A stretch of 64,000 nt of DNA from a virus, in the IMG/VR virus record IMGVR_UViG_3300027706_000269, positions 27,817-91,816 of that record, one strand, 5' to 3'. Below, in pieces: positions 56,123 to 64,000 of this stretch; within the stretch, counting starts at the first letter, position 1; each line of letters begins with the position of its first letter. Under the pieces are notes generated by a model. The model did not search any database, was not told the origin of the DNA, and saw nothing but the letters and a program-made list of their open reading frames with translations. Both the position numbers and the translations under genes were made by a program.

Positions 56123-57678
56123 CGGATCGGGTCCTGCCTGAGGTGGTGGCCGAGGTCGGTGGCCAACCCACGCCGGGGGTGAGCGTTGTCGAGCAACGGG
56201 CCGAGGCAATCTCGCGCGCGGCCTTCGGGGCGCTGGCCGCCACGGCGCTGGCCGAGACCTCGGCCCAGCCGCTGCCGGCCCCCCATCTCTCGACGCTGTG
56301 GGCCGAGACGCTGGCGGAGCACGCGCCGCCGCTGCACGCACCCGCCTTGCTCGTCGAGGTGTTGCGCCGCGACACCGCCGCGGCGGCGATCGTCGCCACC
56401 GCGATGGACGCCTTCGGCGAGACGCCCTGGCCCGAGGCCCAGCGCGGTGTGTTCGCCTTCCGTCACGACTGGGCCGAGCCCCTGGTCGAGCGCCTGCAAT
56501 GGGCCACCGGCGTGGTGCGGCTCGCCTCGGGCAACGAGGCGCGGCAGGGGCTGCGGCGCGTGCCGCGGCGCTTCCTGACCTACCACGTGGGCCACGGGCG
56601 CGCGAGCGACGCGCTGGCGGCCGAATGGCTGGCCGACCATCTGGGCCGGCTCGCGTGGTGGCCGCTGCCGCAGCACGTGGTGAGGCTGACCTCGGCGGCG
56701 GACACCGGCGCGCGGCTGCTTCCGGTGACGCCGGTGGATGAGGCGGACTTTGCGCCGGCCGCAGCCAAGCTGCGCCTGGAGGAGGACGGCCTGCACTGGC
56801 CTGCGGATCGTCGCTTCGCGCTGCTGATGGCCCCGGACGGCTGGCAGGTGCTGGCGCTCGCCGAGGTGGAGCCCGAGCGGCTCTGGCTCACCGAGCCGCT
56901 GGCGCGGGCGGTCCCCGCGGGCGCGACCGTCCTACCCCTGGTCGAGGGCCTCGCGGTGGAGCCGGCCGAGTTCGCGCAGTGGGTGCCCGGTATCGTCGCG
57001 GGCAGCGTCACCGCGCAGGTCGCCTTCGCGCCGCTGCCCGACGAAGGGCTGCTCGACGATCCCTGGCTCGACGGCCTGCCCGTCTGGCCCGACGGCAACT
57101 GGCGCGACGACCCTTCCGTCACGGCGCAGGGCGTGGTCACCCGGCAGGACGTCTCGCCGGCCGACCCCTGGGTCCGCCGTGACGACCCGTGGCCGACGAC
57201 GAGCTTCCAGCGGCGGTTTCTGGCTGCCGGGCGTGAAGACATCGCCCGCTGGCGCGCGCGGCTGTACCGCGCCCAGGGGCGGCTCGGTGCCTGTTGGCTG
57301 CCCGACGGTCTGGCGCCGGTGCTGCGCGTGACGCGTGAGGCTGATGGAGAAGACGGCTTCCTGCGCGTCACAGGTGAGGACCTCTCGGCCTTCTGGCACC
57401 GCCCGGCCGGTGCGCTGATCGTGCATCCCGACGGCCAGCGCCAGCACGTGCTCACCGCCACCTGCCATCACGACGGCGGCGGCGTGCTGGTGCTGTGCTC
57501 CGGGCTCGAAGCCCCCGTCCCGGCCGGCAGCCGCGTCCTGCGTCTTTCGCGCTGCCGGCTCGACCACGACGCGGTGGAGCTCCACTGGCACACCCCCGAG
57601 CTGGTCGAGATGCCCCTGACCCTGCGCCGGCTGCCCGAGCCGCGCGGCAACGATCTCATCACGTACACCCCGTCCTGA
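56119..57678 (+). CDS. Tail tip structural protein
   Basis: ERLQWATGV..SGNEAR..LRRVPRR; GRLGACWLP; operonic. Confidence 0.7.
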   Translation: MTDRVLPEVVAEVGGQPTPGVSVVEQRAEAISRAAFGALAATALAETSAQPLPAPHLSTLWAETLAEHAPPLHAPALLVEVLRRDTAAAAIVATAMDAFGETPWPEAQRGVFAFRHDWAEPLVERLQWATGVVRLASGNEARQGLRRVPRRFLTYHVGHGRASDALAAEWLADHLGRLAWWPLPQHVVRLTSAADTGARLLPVTPVDEADFAPAAAKLRLEEDGLHWPADRRFALLMAPDGWQVLALAEVEPERLWLTEPLARAVPAGATVLPLVEGLAVEPAEFAQWVPGIVAGSVTAQVAFAPLPDEGLLDDPWLDGLPVWPDGNWRDDPSVTAQGVVTRQDVSPADPWVRRDDPWPTTSFQRRFLAAGREDIARWRARLYRAQGRLGACWLPDGLAPVLRVTREADGEDGFLRVTGEDLSAFWHRPAGALIVHPDGQRQHVLTATCHHDGGGVLVLCSGLEAPVPAGSRVLRLSRCRLDHDAVELHWHTPELVEMPLTLRRLPEPRGNDLITYTPS

Positions 57679-57680
57679 CC

Positions 57681-58466
57681 ATGAGCGAGAGCCCCCTGTT
57701 CGAGGTCGAGCTCTACGCCTTCGAGGGCACGAGCGGCAGCTTCCGGCTCACCCCGCACGAGTTCGACGTGGAGATCGGCGGCCAGCGCTACGAGCGCTGC
57801 CCCCTCGAGCGCAGCGCGCTCGCGCTCGGGGCCGAGGCGGCCAAGTCGGCGCTGGAGTTGAAGCTGCCACCCGACCACGCGCTCGTGCGGCATCTGCTGC
57901 AGGCGACCCTCACCGGCGAGGCGACCGCGGTGCGGCTACGGATCGCCCGACGTGACGCCTGGGGCGATGCCTGGTGGCTTTCCGGCACGCGCTGGATGGG
58001 CCGCGTGCTCGGGGTGGAGGTGGCCGATGACTCTGCGCGCATCCGCTGCGAGTCCGCCCAGGTGAGCTTGAAGCGCATTGGTCTCAGGCGGCTCTACAGC
58101 CGCGCCTGCTCGCACGTGCTGTATTCGGCCGCGTGCGGGGCGACGCCGATCTCGGCCACCGCCGAAGTGATCCGCTCCGAAGGCCGCCAGGTGGAACTGG
58201 CGAGCCTCCCGCCCGAGGTGGCCGGCATGCTCGCCGGCGGCTGGTTGCAGACGCCGGCAGGCGCGCGCCACATGATCGTCAGCGAATCATATGCGGGCGT
58301 GGAACTGCTCTATCCGGTGGGGCTTGCGCCGCAGACGCCGGTCGAGCTCGTGGCCGGCTGCGATCACAGCATGCCCACCTGCGCCGCGCGCTTCGACAAC
58401 CTCGCCAACTACGGCGGCTTCCCCTTCATTCCGACGAAGAACCCGTTCTCGACGGGCGTCTTCTGA
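57681..58466 (+). CDS. BR0599-family baseplate hub protein
   Basis: AGCDHSMPTCAARFDNLANYGGFPFIP. Confidence 0.9.
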   Translation: MSESPLFEVELYAFEGTSGSFRLTPHEFDVEIGGQRYERCPLERSALALGAEAAKSALELKLPPDHALVRHLLQATLTGEATAVRLRIARRDAWGDAWWLSGTRWMGRVLGVEVADDSARIRCESAQVSLKRIGLRRLYSRACSHVLYSAACGATPISATAEVIRSEGRQVELASLPPEVAGMLAGGWLQTPAGARHMIVSESYAGVELLYPVGLAPQTPVELVAGCDHSMPTCAARFDNLANYGGFPFIPTKNPFSTGVF

Positions 58467-58483
58467 AACCCGCAGGACCTCCC

Positions 58484-58711
58484 ATGTGGTACCTGGTCGT
58501 CATCGTCGTGGCGGCGCTGGTCTCCGTCGCCCTCGCGCCCAAACCGCCCACCCCGAAACCCGCCGAACTCTCCGACCTCGACGCGCCCACGGCCGAGGAG
58601 GGCCGACCGATCCCGGTCGTCTTCGGCGCGGTGCTGCTGCGCGGGGCGAACGTCGTGTGGTACGGGGATCTTTCGGCCGAACCGATCAAGAAGAAGGGCG
58701 GCAAGAAATGA
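58484..58711 (+). CDS. Small tail assembly protein
   Basis: PTAEEGRPIPVVFG..NVVWYGD. Confidence 0.8.
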   Translation: MWYLVVIVVAALVSVALAPKPPTPKPAELSDLDAPTAEEGRPIPVVFGAVLLRGANVVWYGDLSAEPIKKKGGKK

Positions 58712-58917
58712 GCAAGGACGTGACCGTCACCATCGCCCACGTGCGCGCCGCAGGCCTGTGCGTGCACGGCACGCGCACCTGGTTCGCGCGCCAAGGCCTG
58801 GACTTCCGTGACTTCCTCGCCCGGGGGCTGCCCGCCTCCGTGCTGCTGGCCACCGGCGACGCGATGGCCGCACGCGTGGTCGAGGTCGCGCAGGCCTGCC
58901 ATGAGGAGCCGCGCTGA
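58708..58917 (+). CDS. Small tail protein
   Basis: GLCVHGTRTWF..LLATGDAMA. Confidence 0.75.
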   Translation: MSKDVTVTIAHVRAAGLCVHGTRTWFARQGLDFRDFLARGLPASVLLATGDAMAARVVEVAQACHEEPR

Positions 58918-61190
58918 TGGGCGGCCGCCGCAAGAAGCAGACCGTCGGCTACCGCTACCGCATCGGCATGCACCTGGTGCTGTGCCAGGGGCCGGTGGAT
59001 GCGGTGCAGGAGATCCAGGTCGGCGATCGCAGCGCCTGGGGCGATGCGAGCCGCGCGCCGCTGGCGAGCGGCCATGGGCTGGGGCGGCTCTCGATCCACA
59101 AGCCCACGCTCTTCGGCGGCGACGAACGCGAAGGCGGCGTGGTGGGTGAGGTGGATGTGCTCAGCGGCGATGCGACGCAAGGCCGCAACGACTACCTGAT
59201 GAGCCGCCTGGGCGCGGCCATCCCGGCGTTTCGCGGGGTGCTGTCGCTGGTGGCGCGCAAGATCCTGTTCGCCGCGAACAACCCCTACCTCAAGCCTTGG
59301 GCGGTGCGGGTGCGGCGCTTCACGGCGGGCTGGCACGGCGAACCCTGGATGCCCTGGAACGCCGAGGTGCGGACCTGGGATGCCGACACCGGCACCTCTC
59401 TCACCGTCGGCATGAACCCGGCCCACATCCTGGTGCAGTGCCTCACCGACCCGCACTGGGGCATGGGCTATCCGCCATCCACCCTCGGCGCAAGCTTCTG
59501 GAACGCGGCCTGGGCGCTCGAAGCCGAAGGCTTCGGCCTGAACCTGGTCTGGACGCGCCAGCAGCCGATCGAGGCATTCATCGCCCAGGTGCTCGACCAC
59601 GTCGGCGGCATCCTCTACCTCGACCCCGAACGGGGCCGCTTCGAGCTCAAGCTCCTGCGCGACGATTACTGGATCGAGGGCCTGCCGCTCCTGGGCCCCG
59701 ACGAGATCGTGCGCGTGGAACGCTTCGAGCGCGCGCAGTGGGGGGAACTGCCCAACGAGATCACCGTGGTCTACACCGACTGGGCGACGGCCAAGGAGTC
59801 CACCGTCACGGTGGAGAACCTCGCCGCGATCCAACTGCAAGGCGGGGTGATCAACCAGCGGCGCGACTATCCGGGCGTGAACTTTGGTCCGCTGGCCGCA
59901 CGGCTCGCGCTGCGCGACCTGCGCGCACTCGGCTCGCCCCTGGCGCGCATGAGCTTGACCATCGTCCCCGGCGCCCTGGAGCGTCCGCCCCTGCCGGGAG
60001 ACGTGTTCCTGCTGCATTGGCCACGCCTTGGCATCGAGCGCATGGTGGTGCGCGTCACCGGCATCGACACCGGCACGCTGGGCGCCACCGAATGGCGCAT
60101 CGAGGCCGTGGAGGACGTCTTCGGCATGAACGACACGGTGCTGTCTCCCCCGCCGCCACCGGTCGAGGAGCCGCCCCTCGTGCCCATGTCGCCGGCCCTG
60201 GTGCTGGCCGTCGAGGTGCCGTACTGGGAACTCGCGCGGCGCCTGAGCCGGGCCGATCTCGCCACCCTCACCGACACCGACACCTACGTGGGAGCCCTGG
60301 CCTGCGCGGGCGGCACGGGGCAGTTGAACTGGCAGCTCGCCACCGGGCCCACGGGCGGTGAGCTCGAGGCGGTGGCCCCGGAGGACTACGCGCCTTTGCT
60401 CACGCTCGGCCAGGCGCTGCCGGCCACCGAAGCCGATGCGCTGGCCGTGCCGGTGACGGCGCTGGCCCAGCCCGAGCGCCTGGCGGTCGGCGACTACGCC
60501 TACCTGGTCGATGCGCTTGGTGCGATCCGCGAGGCCGTGGCGATCCTCGCCTTCGATGCCGCCGCGGGCACGGTGGATCTCGCCCGCGGAGTGCTCGACA
60601 CCACGCCACAGATGCATCCGGTCGGCACCCGGCTGGTGGGCGTGGGCGAGTGGCTGGCCGCCGAGACCACCGAGCGCGCGCCGGGCGAGTCGGTCTTCGT
60701 CGCCGCCATCCCGCGCACGGCCAGCGACGATGGCGATGCGGTGCTGGCCGCCAACGGCGCGCCCCTCGTGCTCGCGGGGCGCCAGGCGAGGCCGTACCCA
60801 CCGGGGCGAGTGCGGCTCAACGGCCAGCGCGAGCCAGCCGTGGTCGCCGGCGACCTGATCCTGACCTGGGCACACCGCGACCGCACCCTCCAGACCGCCT
60901 ACCTCGTGCGGCAGGACGAGGGCGACATCGGCCCCGAGCCGGGCACGACCTACACCGTGCGCATCAGAGACCGCAACGGCACCCTCGTGCGCAGCGAGAC
61001 CGGCCTCACCGGCCACGCCTGGACCTGGGACGTGGCGAGTAGCGCGACGGACGCCGGCGTCGCAGGCGACCGCGTCACCGTCGAGATCGAGGCCGAACGC
61101 GACGGGCTCGTGAGTTGGCAGGCGCAGGTGCGCACCGTCGAGCGCGCGGGCTACGGCCTGCGCTGGGGGCAGTACTGGGGCAGGGTGTGA
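58917..61190 (+). CDS. Central tail (host-specificity) protein, Phage-tail_3-like
   Basis: VGYRY, PAFRG, NNPYLKPW, MNPAHIL, RPYPPG. Confidence 0.88.
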   Translation: MGGRRKKQTVGYRYRIGMHLVLCQGPVDAVQEIQVGDRSAWGDASRAPLASGHGLGRLSIHKPTLFGGDEREGGVVGEVDVLSGDATQGRNDYLMSRLGAAIPAFRGVLSLVARKILFAANNPYLKPWAVRVRRFTAGWHGEPWMPWNAEVRTWDADTGTSLTVGMNPAHILVQCLTDPHWGMGYPPSTLGASFWNAAWALEAEGFGLNLVWTRQQPIEAFIAQVLDHVGGILYLDPERGRFELKLLRDDYWIEGLPLLGPDEIVRVERFERAQWGELPNEITVVYTDWATAKESTVTVENLAAIQLQGGVINQRRDYPGVNFGPLAARLALRDLRALGSPLARMSLTIVPGALERPPLPGDVFLLHWPRLGIERMVVRVTGIDTGTLGATEWRIEAVEDVFGMNDTVLSPPPPPVEEPPLVPMSPALVLAVEVPYWELARRLSRADLATLTDTDTYVGALACAGGTGQLNWQLATGPTGGELEAVAPEDYAPLLTLGQALPATEADALAVPVTALAQPERLAVGDYAYLVDALGAIREAVAILAFDAAAGTVDLARGVLDTTPQMHPVGTRLVGVGEWLAAETTERAPGESVFVAAIPRTASDDGDAVLAANGAPLVLAGRQARPYPPGRVRLNGQREPAVVAGDLILTWAHRDRTLQTAYLVRQDEGDIGPEPGTTYTVRIRDRNGTLVRSETGLTGHAWTWDVASSATDAGVAGDRVTVEIEAERDGLVSWQAQVRTVERAGYGLRWGQYWGRV

Positions 61191-61801
61191 TGGAGACCAC
61201 CCTCGACCTGCACCCGCAGCCGCGCATCGACGTGCACTTGCTCACCCTCGACGAGCCCCAACACTGGCGCGAGGAATGTCTGGCGAGCCTCGTCGGCGCG
61301 CCGATCCGCCTGCATCTGCTGCCAGGCATCCCGGGGCGTGTGGGGCAGGCCCGCGCGGCAGGCTTCGCGCGAGGGGCCTTGCCGCTCGTGTCCTTCGTCG
61401 ATCCCGACGACCGCTATGAGGCTGCGGCCTTCGCGGCCCTGGCCGATGCGCTCGATGCCTACCCGCAGGCGGTGCTGGCCTACACCGACGAGGCCCTGAT
61501 CGACGAGCACGGCGACAGCCTCGGCGTGCGGCGACTGGCCTACAGCGCCTTGCAACACGCCCACTCGGCCAGCCACGTCCACGGCCTGATCGTGATGCGC
61601 CGAAGCGCCGTCGAGCCGGTGCTGACACGCATCGCCGATCTCGACGCCGGCACCGACTGGCTGCTCACCCGCCTCGTGGCCCGGCAGGGCAGCGTGTTGC
61701 ACCTGCCCCTCGTCGGCCGCCACTGGCGGCAGCACCCGAACCAACACCACCGCCGCGCTCTGCCTGACCGGCGGGCGATGACCCACCTTGAGAGGAGTTG
61801 A
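61190..61801 (+). CDS. Glycosyltransferase family 2 (GT-A)
   Basis: ARAAGF..VSFVDPDDRY DxD motif; TGATG-coupled to the tail gene. Confidence 0.75.
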   Translation: METTLDLHPQPRIDVHLLTLDEPQHWREECLASLVGAPIRLHLLPGIPGRVGQARAAGFARGALPLVSFVDPDDRYEAAAFAALADALDAYPQAVLAYTDEALIDEHGDSLGVRRLAYSALQHAHSASHVHGLIVMRRSAVEPVLTRIADLDAGTDWLLTRLVARQGSVLHLPLVGRHWRQHPNQHHRRALPDRRAMTHLERS

Positions 61802-61805
61802 ACCC

Positions 61806-62156
61806 ATGCCACAGACCGATCCGAACCTGGGCCTCGTCTACGGCTGGACGCTGGGCGAATCCGGCTGGCACACCGGGATGGACGCGAACCTGAAGCGCCT
61901 GGGCGCCATCGTGGGCCTGTCGGTGACGAGCCGCACCACGACCACGCCGCCCGCTAGTCCCACCGAGGGCGATCGCTACATCGTGTCGGCCGGTGCCACC
62001 GGCGCCTGGGCCGGCAGGACCGACCAGATTGCAGTGTGGGTCAATGGTGCCTGGGAGTACCACGCCCCGAAGGTCGGCTGGCTGGCCTTTATTGCCGCCG
62101 AGGACAGGCTCGCCGTCTACAAGGCCGTCGGCTGGAGCGCCGGCATTTCCGTCTGA
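61806..62156 (+). CDS. DUF2793 tail-associated protein
   Basis: PPASPTEGDRYIV..ATGAWAG..QIA..W..P..GW. Confidence 0.88.
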   Translation: MPQTDPNLGLVYGWTLGESGWHTGMDANLKRLGAIVGLSVTSRTTTTPPASPTEGDRYIVSAGATGAWAGRTDQIAVWVNGAWEYHAPKVGWLAFIAAEDRLAVYKAVGWSAGISV

Positions 62157-62179
62157 ACCCTTACCCCGATCCGTCATCC

Positions 62180-62213
62180 CCGAACCCGCCCGCGTGGCGG
62201 GTTCGTCGTTTTT
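62180..62213 (+). terminator. Hairpin / terminator before lysis cassette B
   Basis: CGAACCCGCC-CGCGT-GGCGGGTTCG then TCGTTTTT. Confidence 0.6.
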
Positions 62214-62224
62214 GGAGACCGCCC

Positions 62225-62527
62225 ATGACTGAACCGACCCAAGCTCCCGCCCTCGTCGAGAACATGCTGCTCCTGCGCCGCGAGGACTTCGAAGACCTGC
62301 TCGACCGCGCCGCCGAACGCGGGGCCGAGCGGGTGCTCGCGCACCTCGGCCTCGAGAATGGCCACGCAGCAAGGGACATCCGCGAACTGCGCGATCTGCT
62401 CGAAGCCTGGCGCGACGCGCGCCGCACGGCATGGCAGACCACCATCAAGGTGGCCACGACCGCCATCCTCGCCGCCCTGCTGGTCGGGGGCGCCCTCAAG
62501 CTGAAGCTGATGGGAGGTGGCCAATGA
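62225..62527 (+). CDS. DUF6127-like membrane protein
   Basis: Near-identical to 15052-15360. Confidence 0.75.
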   Translation: MTEPTQAPALVENMLLLRREDFEDLLDRAAERGAERVLAHLGLENGHAARDIRELRDLLEAWRDARRTAWQTTIKVATTAILAALLVGGALKLKLMGGGQ

Positions 62528-63000
62528 TCGAGACCCTGCTCGGTGGGCTGCTGGGCGGGGCCTTCCGCCTCGCGCCGGAGATCCTCAAGTGGCTCGACCG
62601 CAAGGGCGAGCGCAGTCACGAACTCGCCATGCAGGACAAGGCCTTGGAGTTCGAGAAACTGCGCGGGGCAAGCCGCATGGCCGAGATCGGCGCGAGTGCA
62701 GATGCGGCGTGGAATACCGGGGCCATCGAGGCCTTGCGCGAGGCCGTGGCCGCCCAGGGACAGCGATCGGGCGCGCGCTGGGCCGATGCGCTCTCAAGCA
62801 GCGTGCGGCCCGTCATCACCTACTGGTTCATGGCGCTGTACTGCGCGGCCAAGACTGCCGCCTTCGTGGGCGCCGTCGAGGCCGGGGCGGACTGGATCCC
62901 GGCGATCCAGGCGGCCTGGACCGAGGCCGACCAGGCCCTGTGGGCCGGGGTGCTGAACTTCTGGTTCCTCGGCCGCGTGTTCGACCGGGTGCGGCCGTGA
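62524..63000 (+). CDS. Holin-like membrane protein
   Basis: Near-identical to 15357-15833. Confidence 0.7.
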   Translation: MIETLLGGLLGGAFRLAPEILKWLDRKGERSHELAMQDKALEFEKLRGASRMAEIGASADAAWNTGAIEALREAVAAQGQRSGARWADALSSSVRPVITYWFMALYCAAKTAAFVGAVEAGADWIPAIQAAWTEADQALWAGVLNFWFLGRVFDRVRP

Positions 63001-63461
63001 TTGCGGTACCCCAAGCGGCCATCGAGCTGGCCAAACGCTTCGAGGGCTTCCACCGCGTGCCCAAGCACGATCCCAACCGCGCCTATCCGTACATCTGTCC
63101 GGCCGGCTATCCGACGATCGGCTATGGTCACCTCTGCGATCCGAAGCACCCGCCGATCACGGAAGGCGAGGCCGAGGCCTACCTCGCCCAGGATCTGAGG
63201 GTGGCGCTCGCCGCCACGTTGCGCTACTGCCCTGTACTGGCAATCGAGCCGGAAGGGCGGCTCGCGGCCATCGTGGACTTCACCTTCAACCTCGGCGCCG
63301 GGCGGCTGCAGACATCGACGTTGCGGCGGCGGGTCAATCAACGGGATTGGATCGCAGCAGCAACGGAACTGCGCCGATGGATCTACGGCGGCGGAAAGGT
63401 ACTCCCGGGCTTGGTAGCGCGCCGAGCTGCCGAAGCCACCTGGCTGCTCGGCAACACCTGA
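62997..63461 (+). CDS. Endolysin, GH24 lysozyme
   Basis: FEG..YICPAGYPTIGYGH..FNLGAG..GLVARR. Confidence 0.92.
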   Translation: MIAVPQAAIELAKRFEGFHRVPKHDPNRAYPYICPAGYPTIGYGHLCDPKHPPITEGEAEAYLAQDLRVALAATLRYCPVLAIEPEGRLAAIVDFTFNLGAGRLQTSTLRRRVNQRDWIAAATELRRWIYGGGKVLPGLVARRAAEATWLLGNT

Positions 63462-63481
63462 TGCAAGGCAGGTCAGACGCG

Positions 63482-63511
63482 CTTGGCTTTTCGCCGGAAC
63501 AGCGCGTTCAT
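63482..63511 (+). promoter_or_regulatory. Conserved bipartite motif, copy 4
   Basis: CTTGGCTT-TTCGCCGGAA-CAGCGCGTTCAT, 29 nt upstream of 63540. Confidence 0.75.
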
Positions 63512-63539
63512 GTCATCCCATCGATCCCGGAGCGATTCT

Positions 63540-63830
63540 ATGACCCCCCGATTCAGGAAAGCCATCATCGACGACGTCACCGCAGCGAACATCGACGACA
63601 AGCTGCAGAGCAGCCTGCTCGAATTCTTTGAGTATGCCATGAAGTCAGTCGCGCCCACGCTGGTGAGAGAGGCACGATTCGACACCACCGACTTCGCCAC
63701 GTCTCGTCAACGCGGATGCGAGGGCTTCGCCATGCTCATCAGCCGCGCCCGCGCCGATTCGAGAGACTCCTGGTTCGGCGCGTTCCAGCGTGGTGACCAG
63801 CGGCTCGACGTGGTCGGGCACCTCGAGTAG
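63540..63830 (+). CDS. Small hypothetical protein
   Basis: GGAG RBS; MTPRFRKAIIDDV..., 96 aa. Confidence 0.7.
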   Translation: MTPRFRKAIIDDVTAANIDDKLQSSLLEFFEYAMKSVAPTLVREARFDTTDFATSRQRGCEGFAMLISRARADSRDSWFGAFQRGDQRLDVVGHLE

Positions 63831-64000
63831 CGCGGGCAGACAGTCGCCGTGGGCAGATCCCAGTCCGCCGCGCGCGTCTCGCCGGTCTGGTAGAACTGCT
63901 TGACGAGCTTCACGAAGCCGAGGAAGTCCTTGTTCTCGGTCGCCAGACGATTGGCCATGTCCCAATCGATCTCGTCCCGCTCGCGCGCCGGAATCAACAC
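63707..64000 (-). CDS. C-terminus of a COG2958/HrgA-like (restriction-associated) protein, partial
   Basis: IPARERDEIDWDMANRLATENKDF pattern; 5' end outside the window. Confidence 0.6.
   Translation of the reverse strand: MLIPARERDEIDWDMANRLATENKDFLGFVKLVKQFYQTGETRAADWDLPTATVCPRYSRCPTTSSRWSPRWNAPNQESLESARARLMSMAKPSHPR

Larger units (their letters stand above)
20356..64000 (+). mobile_element. Prophage B, near-complete; right cargo runs off the window
   Basis: Recombinase, early, replication, cos, MTases, terminase, portal, capsid, tail and lysis genes in lambdoid order. Confidence 0.9.

Noticed and set aside
52350-56341. Very long antisense or alternate-frame ORFs (also 23543-25804, 31576-33858, 41337-43766)
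   Set aside because: Shadow ORFs expected from high GC3 bias; low-complexity Arg/Gly/Ala translations overlapping well-supported genes

Overview
High-GC DNA, probably betaproteobacterial (host inferred from gene families only), carrying two related lambdoid/siphovirus-type prophages in tandem and in the same orientation. Prophage A (<1-~20330) contributes its tail and lysis genes, then a lower-GC cargo: a three-gene AhdI-type restriction-modification locus (R convergent with M and a half-size S) with two GAC-N5-GTC sites just upstream of M, and a decayed NmrA fragment. Prophage B (~20356->64000) looks nearly complete: serine-recombinase module, a switch region with no visible CI repressor (HTH-PIN pair plus a 751-aa protein divergent from an AlpA-like early operon), Sak4/SSB/Cas4-like/P4-primase replication genes with a candidate origin, a lambda-like cos, two ParB-methyltransferases, terminase, portal, capsid, tail, a GT2 glycosyltransferase, lysis genes and the start of a cargo. 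Less obvious signals: (1) a bipartite motif CTTGGCTT-N10-MAGCGCGTTCAT in four copies, each 27-38 nt upstream of a small gene (candidate phage regulon); (2) a 75-bp in-frame multi-hairpin insertion plus a duplicated gene start that buries the major tail gene RBS/ATG in a hairpin; (3) four toxin-antitoxin cassettes wedged between core genes; (4) conserved -1 frameshift heptamers; (5) tandem palindromes in an AT-rich patch inside the RuvC-like gene. All family assignments come from motif recognition by eye; no database searches were run.
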